Assembly (NCBI RefSeq): GCF_016632315.1
Contig: NZ_JAEOXH010000002.1
Location: 1 to 32,159 of the forward strand
DNA from: Oxynema sp. CENA135
GTDB taxonomy: Bacteria > Cyanobacteriota > Cyanobacteriia > Cyanobacteriales > Laspinemataceae
Length of the DNA stretch: 32,159 nt
Direction: 5' to 3'
Below, in pieces: positions 18,618-28,520 of this stretch (the first letter of the stretch is position 1; each line of letters begins with the position of its first letter). Under the pieces are notes generated by a model that was not told where the DNA came from, did not search any database, and was given only the letters and a program-made list of their open reading frames with translations. Position numbers and translations under genes: made by a program.

Positions 18618-20153
18618 ATGAGCGGTGAAAAACGGCGTTACGTGCGCGTTGAAGAGTCTCAATGGCGGCGGTTGCAAGAACAAGACAGCCGCCTACGATC
18701 GCTGCAATCCGACTTACCGGAGCGCTTGAATTTGCTGCGATCGCACTCCCAGCAAGCGTTCGAGCGGCAGTTACTCCCCCTGCAGCAACGGGCGCTCCAT
18801 CAAGCCCAACTCGCCGATCGCTTGAGGACGAATTTAGCCGATCTCGAACGGGAAAACGCCCGCCGCCTGGAACGACAGCAACAGGAGTTTCGCTCGACGG
18901 TAGAACGGCTTCAAACTCAACAGGCGCAAGCTCTCCAGCTCCAAGCCGATCGCCTCGACGCCACGGCGCGCCTCGGTTTGGAACGGCAGCGTCAGGAATA
19001 TTTGCAACTGCACCGACAGCAGCGCCAGGAATGGCTGAGGACGGTGCAACAGCGCGATCGCGCTTTCCAGGAGGCGATCGCCACGGAACGAGCCGCGAGA
19101 GAAGCTACCGAAGCCAAGTTAACGGGACAACTCAACGCGATCGTACGGGGGATCGAGGCGGAAAAAAGCCGGAAAATCGAACTCGCCGAGTCCTTGTGGG
19201 CCGATGTGGACGCTATCTGGCAACAAACCGATCGCCAGTACCGCCACGAACAGTTCGCGCCGGGACAGTTAAGCGTTTTACGGCGCCAGTTGGATCTGGC
19301 GCGGGACAATCTGACGGCGGGACTCGGCGAAGCGGCGATCGCCACGACTCAGAAAACTTATCTAGAATTGAATCAACTGCGGCTCGACCTGGAACGCCAA
19401 GAACAACAATGGCTGTTACTCTATCACGCGATTTCGACGGATTTAGGCGAATTGCTCGCTCAAGTCAAAGCCCACCGCGAGTGCGAACTCGAAATCGGCG
19501 AGGGAACGGAGGCGGAACGCTTTAAGGTCGAGGTGGATTATTGGTCGAAAGGGGCGTTAAGCGAGTACGAAGGGGAACTCGCGACGCTCGAAACGGAGTT
19601 AAAACAAGGGGAACGAACCCTCACGACGGCCCGACTCGAAGCGATCGCCGATCGCCTCGAAAGCTTGCAACCCCGTTTCGATGAAATTGTCGCGGCGGCG
19701 AAATTGGCGATTCTCAGTTCGCAAATGCGCGCCGAAATTGCCGATTGTGTGGTCGAAGTTCTCGGATCTTTGGGTTATACTCTGGTCAATCCCGAAACCG
19801 ATGCGTGTTATCAGACGGGCGATCGCCGCGAAGCCTATGCGGTGAAAGTGAAAAATATCGCCGGGGATGAGGTGGTCACGGTGATTGCACCGGATCGCGA
19901 CTTTGGCGCCAATTCGATCTCGATTAACAGTTTCAGTCCCACCCTGATCGACGAAACCGCCACTCGGGAGAACGCGCGGGCAATTTTCCAACTGTTGGAC
20001 GAGGCGGGAGTAGAGGCGATCGGCGAGTTGGAATGTTACGATCGCCCTCGCGAAGAATATCGCCGTCTGTGGGGCGATCGACCGTCGGGAAGCGAGAGTC
20101 GGGAGTCGGGAATCGGGAGTCGGGGATCCCGTCGCGATCGGATTGAAGAATAA
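18618..20153 (+). CDS. Long coiled-coil protein (Q/R/E/L-rich) with a C-terminal Ser/Arg-rich tail. Function unknown. It is the first gene of the co-directional cluster.
   Basis: 511-aa ORF dominated by heptad-like RLERQQQEF...LQLQADRLDATARLGLERQRQEYLQL. The tail is GSESRESGIGSRGSRRDRIEE. The alternative-frame ORF 18662-19525 is Arg/Pro-rich junk. Confidence 0.6.
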   Translation: MSGEKRRYVRVEESQWRRLQEQDSRLRSLQSDLPERLNLLRSHSQQAFERQLLPLQQRALHQAQLADRLRTNLADLERENARRLERQQQEFRSTVERLQTQQAQALQLQADRLDATARLGLERQRQEYLQLHRQQRQEWLRTVQQRDRAFQEAIATERAAREATEAKLTGQLNAIVRGIEAEKSRKIELAESLWADVDAIWQQTDRQYRHEQFAPGQLSVLRRQLDLARDNLTAGLGEAAIATTQKTYLELNQLRLDLERQEQQWLLLYHAISTDLGELLAQVKAHRECELEIGEGTEAERFKVEVDYWSKGALSEYEGELATLETELKQGERTLTTARLEAIADRLESLQPRFDEIVAAAKLAILSSQMRAEIADCVVEVLGSLGYTLVNPETDACYQTGDRREAYAVKVKNIAGDEVVTVIAPDRDFGANSISINSFSPTLIDETATRENARAIFQLLDEAGVEAIGELECYDRPREEYRRLWGDRPSGSESRESGIGSRGSRRDRIEE

Positions 20154-20414
20154 GCGCGATCGCCCGTCTTTGACGAGGGGGCGGCGATGGGTTTCACCGA
20201 ACCATTCAAGACCCCCTCGACGGCGATCGCTCCTCTGAAAAATCCCCTCTCAAGTTTCGCCATTGCCAGCGATCGAAGCCATAGACGCGATCGAAACAGA
20301 AAACGGATTCGAGTAATTTTCCTAACATTTCCCCGGCGATCGAATTGATAAACTAAAAGAAGCTTTCAAGCACTTTTCAAACCATAAAATTTATCTCTAA
20401 AATACCCAATCCCC

Positions 20415-20455
20415 AATCTAAAATCTAAAATCTAAAATCTAAAATCTAAAATTCC
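20415..20455. repeat. STRR-like heptamer tandem repeat (TCTAAAA/AATCTAA) x5.
   Basis: ccccaatctaaaatctaaaatctaaaatctaaaatctaaaattcccc, directly upstream of the first WD40 gene. Confidence 0.85.
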
Positions 20456-20521
20456 CCAATCTGCTCGAAAGTTTCCCTTAATAGAACGGGTTTCAGGGTG
20501 AATCTGAGAGTGAATAAGGCC

Positions 20522-22378
20522 ATGTCTGAATGTCCGGTATGTCGAACCGAGTATGTCGAAGGAGAGCAGAGCATCTGCTCGAATTGCGGGTGGGATTTAA
20601 GCCCCGAACCGCCTCAACTTGCTGAAAATTTGACGGAAATCTATCTCGAAAAAGAGCGAGCTAAGTTAAAATGGGCGCGCAAAATTTGGGCAGAAACGAC
20701 CGACCAAGGTAAATCGGTCAAAGAATTAGAGTGGAAATTGGCCGATATTGAAGGACAACTCTCGAAAGTTTGGGGTCGCTTCGATCTCGCGGCGAAAGAA
20801 CGAGTTCACATTCAAGAACAAGTCAGTCAACTGTTCGCCTGGTTGGATGAAGTCAGCCAAGACCGCAATCATTTTAAGGAGGAGTTAGAGCGCGATCGCC
20901 TCTTTCACGAAACCCAATCCGAACATTTCGAGAATCAGATCGGCCTGATTTTCTCCAAATTAGAACAAAGTGACACCGAGCGATCGCAGGTTCAAACCCA
21001 ACTCAGTCGTATTTGGTCCCATATCGAAGCCCCGAGACCATCCCCAACGACTGCTCCTTCCGATGGCGATCGCGTAGGGGCGACCGAGGAGAATCGCGCC
21101 GCCGATTCCCCAGATGGCACTTCTTCCGTCGGCAAAGAAGCCGAAATCGCCGCCTTACAAGCCCAAATTAGCGAGCTAAAAGCCAAATTAGAACAGTCCG
21201 ATCGCGAACGGTTGGAATTGCAATCGCAAATTCACAGCGAACGGCGCCAAGTCAGCAGCTTGCAAAGCCAACTCGAAAAAACCCGCGAGAGTCTGGAAAA
21301 AACGAACGAAAATCTCACCCACACTCACGCCGAATCTCATACCGTCGAATTGCTGATCGATGCGTTAGGCGATCGCTCCGAAGCCATCCAAGAATTTGCC
21401 TACGCCATTCTCAAGCGAACTCGTTCCCCCCGAGCCCGTCAAGCCCTCGAACAGTACAAACCCTATCGCCTGTTTCGCTGCGTGCGCACCTTAAAACATG
21501 ACGACGCCGTGCGATCGGTGGCGATCGCCCCTCAAGGCAATATTTTAGTCAGTGGCAGTAATGACAAAACCGTTAAAATTTGGGATCTAGAAAGCGGTCA
21601 GCCGATGCGAACCTTACGCGGACACCTCGGATCGGCGATCGCCGTCGCCATTTCCGCCGACGGCAAAACGATCGCCAGTGGAAGCGGCGACAACACCATC
21701 AAAATCTGGGACTTACAAAGCGGCGAACTGCTGACCACCCTCCACGGTCATGGCGGTTGGGTCAACACTGTCGCCTTCTCTCCCAAAGGACGCACCCTCG
21801 CCAGTGGCGCCGCCGACAAAACCATCAAACTCTGGAACCTCGACACCCAAGAACTCCTCGCCACCTTCTACGGACACAGTACCGCCGTGCGTTCCGTCGT
21901 CATCTCCCCCCAAGGAAACGTCCTCGCCAGTGGCAGTAACGACAACACCATCAAAATCCGCAATCTTCTCACCGGAGAACTCATCCATACCCTCACCGAA
22001 CATAGCGGTTCCGTCTGTTCCGTCGCCGTCAACTACGATGGCAGCATTCTCGCCAGTGGAAGCAACGACAACACGATCAAACTCTGGAATCTCGGCACCG
22101 GAAAACTCCTGCACACCCTTTCCGAACATTCCGGTCCGGTCAGTTCCGTCACCATCAGTTCTCAACATACCCTCGCCAGTGGTTCCGACGACGGAACCAT
22201 TAAAATTTGGCATCTCGAAAGCGGTCGCCTCATTCACACGATCCCCGGCGTCAAAACCCCCGGATACGGTCACGAAGGCTATGTTTTATGTACCGCCATC
22301 AATCAAGATGGCAATACGATCGTTAGTGGCTCCGATGATGGCACAATCAAGATATGGGGTGTTTCTGCAGTGGAGTAG
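20522..22378 (+). CDS. Zinc-ribbon + coiled-coil + WD40-repeat protein. The frame is open from a GTG at 20498, but the likely start is the ATG at 20522.
   Basis: The N-terminus MSECPVCRTEYVEGEQSICSNCGWDL is a CxxC-x12-CxxC ribbon, followed by EKERAKLKWARKIW. A coiled coil with LEQSDRERLELQSQIHSE follows. Then come ≥8 WD40 blades (GH...SGSxDxTIKIW/LW...). Confidence 0.8.
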   Translation: MSECPVCRTEYVEGEQSICSNCGWDLSPEPPQLAENLTEIYLEKERAKLKWARKIWAETTDQGKSVKELEWKLADIEGQLSKVWGRFDLAAKERVHIQEQVSQLFAWLDEVSQDRNHFKEELERDRLFHETQSEHFENQIGLIFSKLEQSDTERSQVQTQLSRIWSHIEAPRPSPTTAPSDGDRVGATEENRAADSPDGTSSVGKEAEIAALQAQISELKAKLEQSDRERLELQSQIHSERRQVSSLQSQLEKTRESLEKTNENLTHTHAESHTVELLIDALGDRSEAIQEFAYAILKRTRSPRARQALEQYKPYRLFRCVRTLKHDDAVRSVAIAPQGNILVSGSNDKTVKIWDLESGQPMRTLRGHLGSAIAVAISADGKTIASGSGDNTIKIWDLQSGELLTTLHGHGGWVNTVAFSPKGRTLASGAADKTIKLWNLDTQELLATFYGHSTAVRSVVISPQGNVLASGSNDNTIKIRNLLTGELIHTLTEHSGSVCSVAVNYDGSILASGSNDNTIKLWNLGTGKLLHTLSEHSGPVSSVTISSQHTLASGSDDGTIKIWHLESGRLIHTIPGVKTPGYGHEGYVLCTAINQDGNTIVSGSDDGTIKIWGVSAVE

Positions 22379-22424
22379 GGTAGGTCTATTGTCGGCCTGG
22401 AAGTTGTTCCCAATTCCCTACAGC

Positions 22425-22465
22425 ATCAATCTAAACTCTAAACTCTAAAGTCTACAATCTCAACC
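22425..22465. repeat. STRR-like heptamer tandem repeat (CTCTAAA/AATCTAA variants).
   Basis: atcaatctaaactctaaactctaaagtctacaatctcaacc, lying between the two WD40 genes. A related motif, atctcaactctaaaatctcaac, occurs at 17590-17612. Confidence 0.8.
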
Positions 22466-22469
22466 CCTC

Positions 22470-23570
22470 ATGGTATCCGATAACTTTTCCTTCTTAGAAA
22501 AGAAAATCAAGAGCCTAGAAGAACGCTTGCAACAAAGCGAACGAGAACGAGAACAACTGCGATCTCAACTGCAAACTTTAGGCGATCGCGCCCGCAGCCA
22601 AGCCCACCAACTCGCCCGTCTGGATCGCTATATCGAAGAATTTTTAAAATATCAACTGATTGAATGCGAAAGTACCTTAATCGGTCATACCAACTCCGTC
22701 AGTCAAGTCGCCATTGCTCCGGACGGTCAAACCTTGGCCAGCAGCAGTTACGATAAAACTGTAAAAATCTGGGATCTACACACCCGATCCGAACGCCATA
22801 CCCTAAACGGACATTCTAAATCCGTCAGTTGTCTCGCGATCGCCCCTGACAGCCAAACGATCGCCACCGGGAGTGATGACAAAACCATCAAAATTTGGAA
22901 CCTCCAAACTGGAGAACTCCTGCGCACTTTAAGCGGACATTCCGATTACCTTCGCGACCTCATTTATGGAGAAATCGGCGACAATTCGATTTCTATCCCC
23001 ATTTTAATCAGTGCCAGCGACGACACCACGATTAAATTTTGGAATGGGCACACTGGGGAACTCCTTCGCACCCTCACCGGACACGATGACTACGTTCACT
23101 CGTTAGCCCTCAGTCCCGACGGTCGTACTTTAGCCAGTGGTAGTGCAGATAACACGATTAAATTGTGGGATTTACAAAAGGGCGAAGCAATCCGCACCTT
23201 TGCCGGACATTCCCACTCAATTTACTCCCTCGTTTTCACGCCGGACGGTCAGATTTTAGTCAGTGCGAGTTTGGACAAAACGATTAAATTGTGGCACTTG
23301 GAAACGGGAACGAATTTTCAAACCTTAATCGGTCATTCGGACTTTATTAATGACATTGCTATCAGCCCGGATGGACGCACGATCGCGAGTGCCAGTTCTG
23401 ACAATACCATTAAACTCTGGAACCTCAAAACGGGTCAAGAAATTTGCAATTTAACCGGACATGCCAATACCGTATATTCGGTGATTTTTAGTCCGGATGG
23501 CTGCCGTTTAATGAGCAGCAGTGGCGATCGCACCCTTAAAATTTGGCGCTGGTTAGTCGAGGAACAATAA
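22470..23570 (+). CDS. Coiled-coil + WD40-repeat protein (7 blades).
   Basis: The N-terminal coiled coil LEERLQQSEREREQLRSQLQTL echoes the RERLELQ motif of the neighbouring genes. Seven WD40 repeats with GH...D.TIKIW/LW follow. 366 aa. Confidence 0.8.
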   Translation: MVSDNFSFLEKKIKSLEERLQQSEREREQLRSQLQTLGDRARSQAHQLARLDRYIEEFLKYQLIECESTLIGHTNSVSQVAIAPDGQTLASSSYDKTVKIWDLHTRSERHTLNGHSKSVSCLAIAPDSQTIATGSDDKTIKIWNLQTGELLRTLSGHSDYLRDLIYGEIGDNSISIPILISASDDTTIKFWNGHTGELLRTLTGHDDYVHSLALSPDGRTLASGSADNTIKLWDLQKGEAIRTFAGHSHSIYSLVFTPDGQILVSASLDKTIKLWHLETGTNFQTLIGHSDFINDIAISPDGRTIASASSDNTIKLWNLKTGQEICNLTGHANTVYSVIFSPDGCRLMSSSGDRTLKIWRWLVEEQ

Positions 23571-23697
23571 GAAGTCAAAACTCCTAAATATGGTGCGGGT
23601 ATCCCACCCGCCCTTTTAAAAAAAGTTAATTTCAAACTCTTTCAATTAGAACAAACTTAGTTTAGAATAATCTAAAAATAAAACAAACCAATCGATT

Positions 23698-26256
23698 GTG
23701 GTAGAACGAGTAACGTCGGGGTTAAATTTACACGCAGGCGATCGCTTTTTCGTGCTGTACGGAACGCAAACCAGCGATAGTTTCTGCACGAAAGATCTCG
23801 TTTTACAAGATATTGAAAGCATTCTCCATCACTATTTAAAGTCACGAGGATACGATCGCATCGTCTTCTATTCCGGCGTTAAAAAACTCTATTTCCTCGA
23901 TCGCCAATCGCGCGATCGCACGCGGTTGCAAGCTTCAGCAGACCCCTCCAACGCCCCGCCACCCGACCGACCGATGCAAGTCACTCCCGGTCCTCTCGGA
24001 CGCAAACGCCGCTTGTTAGGAAAGCAAACTGCATCGCCAAATCCCGCCGCATCGCCCAGTCCGGCGCCCTCAACCGAAGTAAGACCGCCCCAACGCCTGC
24101 AAGATGTCCAAATTTTGCCGTATTTTGAAACGTTAATGCAGGATACTCGCCAAAAATCGGCGATCGTTTTTGCCAATGCGGAAGATTTGGCGAACTTCGA
24201 CAACCGCCGCGAACTGTTCGGTCGTACTTTAGAATGGTCGCGTCTTCCCCCGAGTAATCGCAATCTGTGTATTTTTATTTTTCACCACGAAACGATCGAT
24301 CGCCTGCAAGAGTTTTGTCAGCAAGTCGGCTTTACTTTTTTGTCAAATTATGCAATAAATCGGCAGCAGGGCGATCGCCGCAGTTGTAATTTAGTGCGAC
24401 TAGCAGCCCCTAGCGCAAAAGAAATAGAGGCGTTAAGCGATTATTTTCGACTGAAGTTCGGCAAAGCCATCTCGTGGGAAAATCGTGCAAAGTTAATGCA
24501 ATGGATGGCGGCGGAAAATCGATCGCTCAATACCTGGTACGATCGCTTTAATGAAAGTGAGGAAATCTCGCTGAAAGCGGCGCGATCGCGGCGTTGGTTG
24601 ACGGGGGATGTCAGCGAAACCCCTGCCCTACAACGGTTAGAGGCGGCGATCGGCTTGCAAAACGTCAAAGAAACGATCCGCCGTCGGGCGCGATCGCTGC
24701 AAGTGCAACAAGAACGGGCGAAGCAGGGAAAGGCGATCGATCCGCCCCGATTGCATCTGGTGTTTAAAGGCAATCCGGGAACGGGAAAAACGACCGTCGC
24801 GCGCTTAATCGGCGAAATTTACCGAGATTTGGGGTTATTACAGCGCGGTCATCTGGTAGAAGTCGGCGGACGCGATTTAGTGGCGGGTTATGTCGGACAA
24901 ACCCATTTACGCACGAATGAAACGATCGATCGCGCGATCGATGGCGTCTTGTTTGTAGATGAGGCGTATGGATTGACCGAAGGCGGGGACGGGGATTTCG
25001 GACGGGAGGCGATCGAAACGTTACTCAAACGTCTGGAGGACGATCGCGATCGATTCGCGGCGATCGTGGCGGGATATCCGGCGAAAATGGACGCCTTTCT
25101 CGATGCGAATCCCGGTTTGCGCCGTCGGTTCCCCACGGAAATAGTTTTTGTAGATTACACGCCTGATGAGTTGTTGGGGATTCTACGGCAGCGCGTCGCC
25201 GCCGTCGCCGCCGACTTGTCCCCGGATCTAGAGGGGACTTTGTTGGATGTATTCGGGCAATTGTACGCCGAACGCGACGAAAACTTTGGCAATGCGGGAT
25301 TGGTGGAAAATCTGTTTCAGGAACTCGACGAACGGCGATCGCTCCGAGTTATCGAAACGGGTACGGATCCGGTACACTCGCCGTTCGAGCTTGCAGATTT
25401 ACCGCAAAAATATCGGGAGTTGGCCGATCGCGGCAAGGGCGATCGCGAGACGTTGGAAACATTGTTAGCGCAACTCGATCGCCTGGCGGGACTGCGATCG
25501 GTGAAAGTGGCGATCGCAGAATTAGTCGAAACCCAACTCGCCAACCGCCGCCTGCGAGAAGCGGGGTTAGACCCGGAGGGCGAATCTCACACCTATCACA
25601 TGGTTTTTACTGGCAATCCGGGAACGGGAAAAACGACCGTGGCGCGGTTGGTCGGCAAAATTTTTAAAGCCCTGGGATTATTGAAAAAAGGGGACTTTCA
25701 CGAAGTCGGACGCCCGGATTTAGTCGCGGGATACGTGGGACAAACGGCGGCGAAAACCGTAGGGGCGATCGATCGCGCGATCGATGGGGTATTATTTATC
25801 GATGAAGCCTACGCCCTGTCCCGAGGTCACGCCACGGATTTCGGACGGGAGGCGATCGATACTTTAGTCCCGTATTTGGAAAATTACCGCGATCGCCTCG
25901 TGGTCATTTTCGCCGGATATTCCCGAGAAATGGCCGAATTTTTAGCCGCCAATTCCGGGTTAACCTCTCGCATCGCCTATCAGATCGAATTCCCCGATTA
26001 CAATCCCGACGAATTACATCAAATATTCCTGAGTTTATGCGAACAGTCCCGGCGCATTTGTCCGCCAGAAGTCTCGGAAAAAGTTAGAGACTGGTGTCAA
26101 GATTTATATGCCAATCGACCGTCCAATTTCGGCAACGGTCGCGAGATTCGCAATTTTTACGAGGGGATGGTGAAGCGTCAAAAAAGCCGAATCGTCAGGG
26201 AAAATTTAAGTGGGGAAGCGATGTTAAGGTTCGCGATCGCCGATCTTCCGAAATAG
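23698..26256 (+). CDS. Tandem AAA+ ATPase of the CbbX/SpoVK/EccA type (two ATPase modules) with a ~330-aa N-terminal domain of unknown function. GTG start.
   Basis: Two near-identical modules: [24 protein letters not shown]...[10 protein letters not shown]...[20 protein letters not shown], and [24 protein letters not shown]...[10 protein letters not shown]...[20 protein letters not shown]. The N-terminal region ([45 protein letters not shown]..., with a Pro/Ala/Ser linker) is not recognisable to me. Confidence 0.85.
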   Translation: MVERVTSGLNLHAGDRFFVLYGTQTSDSFCTKDLVLQDIESILHHYLKSRGYDRIVFYSGVKKLYFLDRQSRDRTRLQASADPSNAPPPDRPMQVTPGPLGRKRRLLGKQTASPNPAASPSPAPSTEVRPPQRLQDVQILPYFETLMQDTRQKSAIVFANAEDLANFDNRRELFGRTLEWSRLPPSNRNLCIFIFHHETIDRLQEFCQQVGFTFLSNYAINRQQGDRRSCNLVRLAAPSAKEIEALSDYFRLKFGKAISWENRAKLMQWMAAENRSLNTWYDRFNESEEISLKAARSRRWLTGDVSETPALQRLEAAIGLQNVKETIRRRARSLQVQQERAKQGKAIDPPRLHLVFKGNPGTGKTTVARLIGEIYRDLGLLQRGHLVEVGGRDLVAGYVGQTHLRTNETIDRAIDGVLFVDEAYGLTEGGDGDFGREAIETLLKRLEDDRDRFAAIVAGYPAKMDAFLDANPGLRRRFPTEIVFVDYTPDELLGILRQRVAAVAADLSPDLEGTLLDVFGQLYAERDENFGNAGLVENLFQELDERRSLRVIETGTDPVHSPFELADLPQKYRELADRGKGDRETLETLLAQLDRLAGLRSVKVAIAELVETQLANRRLREAGLDPEGESHTYHMVFTGNPGTGKTTVARLVGKIFKALGLLKKGDFHEVGRPDLVAGYVGQTAAKTVGAIDRAIDGVLFIDEAYALSRGHATDFGREAIDTLVPYLENYRDRLVVIFAGYSREMAEFLAANSGLTSRIAYQIEFPDYNPDELHQIFLSLCEQSRRICPPEVSEKVRDWCQDLYANRPSNFGNGREIRNFYEGMVKRQKSRIVRENLSGEAMLRFAIADLPK

Positions 26257-26436
26257 AGGGAAAACTTCGGATGGGGGAACGGGTCAGTGTGGCTTTGTTT
26301 CCCCAATGTTAGCGATCGCGGCGAAAAGCGCCAGTTCCACTCGCCATCACGGTAAATCTAGCCCCTGGGGACTTGACTCTTCTCCGAAAACGGTTAAAAA
26401 GTGATAAGTTGCGAGATAATCTCTCAGGGGGAAGCA

Positions 26437-28515
26437 ATGGCGATGAAGATGTTTGCCCGTGACGACCGACCAACACAGGAGTACACCGCTTTGACCGTAG
26501 CGCATTGTCCCGTTTGTCAGACCCAGTATGCGGAAGGACAGGTCAAAACTTGTTCGACTTGCGGCTGGGATTTGACGCCGTATCCCCTGAGTTTGGGGCG
26601 CATTCCCGAGGGATTTCTCAGGAAGGAACGGGCGCAATTGATGTGGGCCCGCCAGCAGTGGGAGCAAACCCAGAAGCGTTTGAAGGGGGCGACGGAGGAA
26701 GAGGCGGCGCCCCAGCAGATGGAACGATCGCAACTCAAAACCCAACTCGAACTCGCCGAACAGGAGCGATCGGAGTTAGAATCCCTATTCAAGCAAACGG
26801 AAGAGGCATACTGGCAACTTCACCAACAGTACGAAACGTTAGAAAAAGAACATAAAAGCGCCCTCAAAGAGCGATCGCAACTCCAATCTTTTTTAAAAGA
26901 AGCGGAACAAGCTTACGAAGATCTGCAACAGCAGCTCGAACAAACTCAACAACAACTCGAAGATATCGACCGGGAAAATCAAACTTTTAAATCGCAAATT
27001 CACGAAGCGGCAACGGCTTACTGGCGCTTGCAGGATAAATTAGAATTGACGGAAAAAGCGCTATCTGCCCGGGAAAAAGCACTCAAAGAAGTCGAACCGA
27101 AATTACAAGAAGCCGAAGCAAAAAATGCCTTGCGCGAAGCCTCGCTCAAACAAGTACAAGGACAACTACAACATACGAAAAAACAACTGATTGCTTCTCA
27201 ACAGAAGCGATCGCAACTGCACGCCGAATTAGAGAAAACCAAATCGGAATTAGCGGCGTGCAGCCAAGAACTCGGCGACCTCCAACCGCAGTTACAACAA
27301 GCCGCAACGGCTTACTGGCAATTACAAACCGAACTCGCCGAAGCCCGGGGTCAACTCGAAACGGCACAAGTCGAAACCAGTCAGCCGAATCAGTTCGAGC
27401 AAATGTTGGCTGAAATGAGCGATCGCGCCCAAGAAGAACTCGATCGCGCCAACGCAGAAATCAATCAATTGCACTTGCAAATTAACGATCTCGAAAGCCA
27501 ACTGAGTAATAGCCAACAACAAACCCAAAGCCAAGAATCTCGACTTTCTTGGGTCAACGAAGAACGCAGCCAATTGCAAAGCAAACTCGATCGCGCCGAC
27601 CGCGAACGCCTCGAACTGCAACATCAACTTTCTCAAACCCAATGGCAGCTTGAAGTTGCCAATCAAGAAAACTCCCGCTTGCTCGATTCGGCGTTTACGA
27701 CCTCGCGAACCAGTCGCTGGGGGAATGCGTTTAAAACCTCGGTGGTTTTCCTCTTATTACTCGCGTCGATCAGTCCGTTTTTTATTATCTTGCTCAATCC
27801 CAAACTTTCCCAACCTTTATTTAATATGGCTTTGCGGAAAGGCTATATCAAAAATGCCACCAGTCGGGATTTGTCGAAACTAAATTTTGCGGGATTAAAT
27901 TTGGATCGCGTCAACTTTAGCGACGCCAAACTGAATAACGCCGATCTCGAAGACAGCAGCTTGATCGAGGCCAATTTTCAAGGGTCGAACCTCAATGGGA
28001 GTAACTTGCAAAATGCCAATTTAAGCGGCGCCATGCTGATGAATGCGAGCTTGGATTGGGCGAATTTGAAGAATGCGAATTTGCAATTTGCGAACTTAGC
28101 GAGTGCGAATTTAGTCCGCGCGAATTTAAGTGATGCCAACCTTGCGGGAGCGAATTTATTAGATGCGGATATCGATATTAATACGACGAAAATCGATCCG
28201 GAAGATTTGCTCAATTGGAAAATTGTTAATTTGCCGCGTCGTAACCGCCAGTTAGCGGGATTGAATTTGACGGATTTTAATTTAAGTTCGGCGAGTTTAG
28301 TCGAGGCAAATTTGCAAAATGCGACGATGAGAAATGTCAACTTAACTGATGCAGATTTGCGCGGGGCGAAGTTAACGGGAGCGGATTTAACGGGGGCGGA
28401 TTTGAGCGGTGCTAAACTCGCTGGTGCCGACTTTACGAATAGCGTTCTGATGCGGGTGAAGACGAACAATTTGACGATTTGCCCGAATGGAAGAACGGGG
28501 CCGTGTAGTTTTTAA
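26437..28515 (+). CDS. Zinc-ribbon + long coiled-coil + single TM helix + C-terminal pentapeptide-repeat protein. The frame is open from a GTG at 26401. The ATG at 26437 has a GGGGGA RBS.
   Basis: The N-terminus CPVCQTQYAEGQVKTCSTCGWDLTPYP followed by RKERAQLMWARQQW is paralogous to the N-terminus of the 20522 gene. The coiled coil has recurrent AATAYWQLQ and DRERLELQHQL motifs. The TM segment is VVFLLLLASISPFFIILL. It is followed by ~45 pentapeptide repeats (ANLSGAMLMNASLDWANLKNANLQFANLASANL...). Confidence 0.75.
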   Translation: MAMKMFARDDRPTQEYTALTVAHCPVCQTQYAEGQVKTCSTCGWDLTPYPLSLGRIPEGFLRKERAQLMWARQQWEQTQKRLKGATEEEAAPQQMERSQLKTQLELAEQERSELESLFKQTEEAYWQLHQQYETLEKEHKSALKERSQLQSFLKEAEQAYEDLQQQLEQTQQQLEDIDRENQTFKSQIHEAATAYWRLQDKLELTEKALSAREKALKEVEPKLQEAEAKNALREASLKQVQGQLQHTKKQLIASQQKRSQLHAELEKTKSELAACSQELGDLQPQLQQAATAYWQLQTELAEARGQLETAQVETSQPNQFEQMLAEMSDRAQEELDRANAEINQLHLQINDLESQLSNSQQQTQSQESRLSWVNEERSQLQSKLDRADRERLELQHQLSQTQWQLEVANQENSRLLDSAFTTSRTSRWGNAFKTSVVFLLLLASISPFFIILLNPKLSQPLFNMALRKGYIKNATSRDLSKLNFAGLNLDRVNFSDAKLNNADLEDSSLIEANFQGSNLNGSNLQNANLSGAMLMNASLDWANLKNANLQFANLASANLVRANLSDANLAGANLLDADIDINTTKIDPEDLLNWKIVNLPRRNRQLAGLNLTDFNLSSASLVEANLQNATMRNVNLTDADLRGAKLTGADLTGADLSGAKLAGADFTNSVLMRVKTNNLTICPNGRTGPCSF

Positions 28516-28520
28516 CTTTT

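Noticed and set aside
18662-19525. 287-aa ORF overlapping the coiled-coil gene in another frame
   Set aside because: It is Arg/Pro/Thr-rich with no motifs. The annotated frame gives a consistent heptad coiled coil.
21713-22448. 186-aa (-) and 232-aa (+) ORFs inside the WD40 gene
   Set aside because: These are repeat-driven alternative-frame artefacts (Gly/Thr/Asp-rich or Ser/Pro-rich). The WD40 frame is unambiguous.
20415-22465. Heptamer tandem arrays as possible CRISPR repeats
   Set aside because: Unit length is 7 bp with no unique spacers, and no cas genes are present. They are STRR-type microsatellites, not CRISPR.
27978-28469. 163-aa minus-strand ORF within the pentapeptide-repeat region
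   Set aside because: It is the reverse-complement reading of pentapeptide repeats, giving a periodic FA..KF pattern. No independent support.
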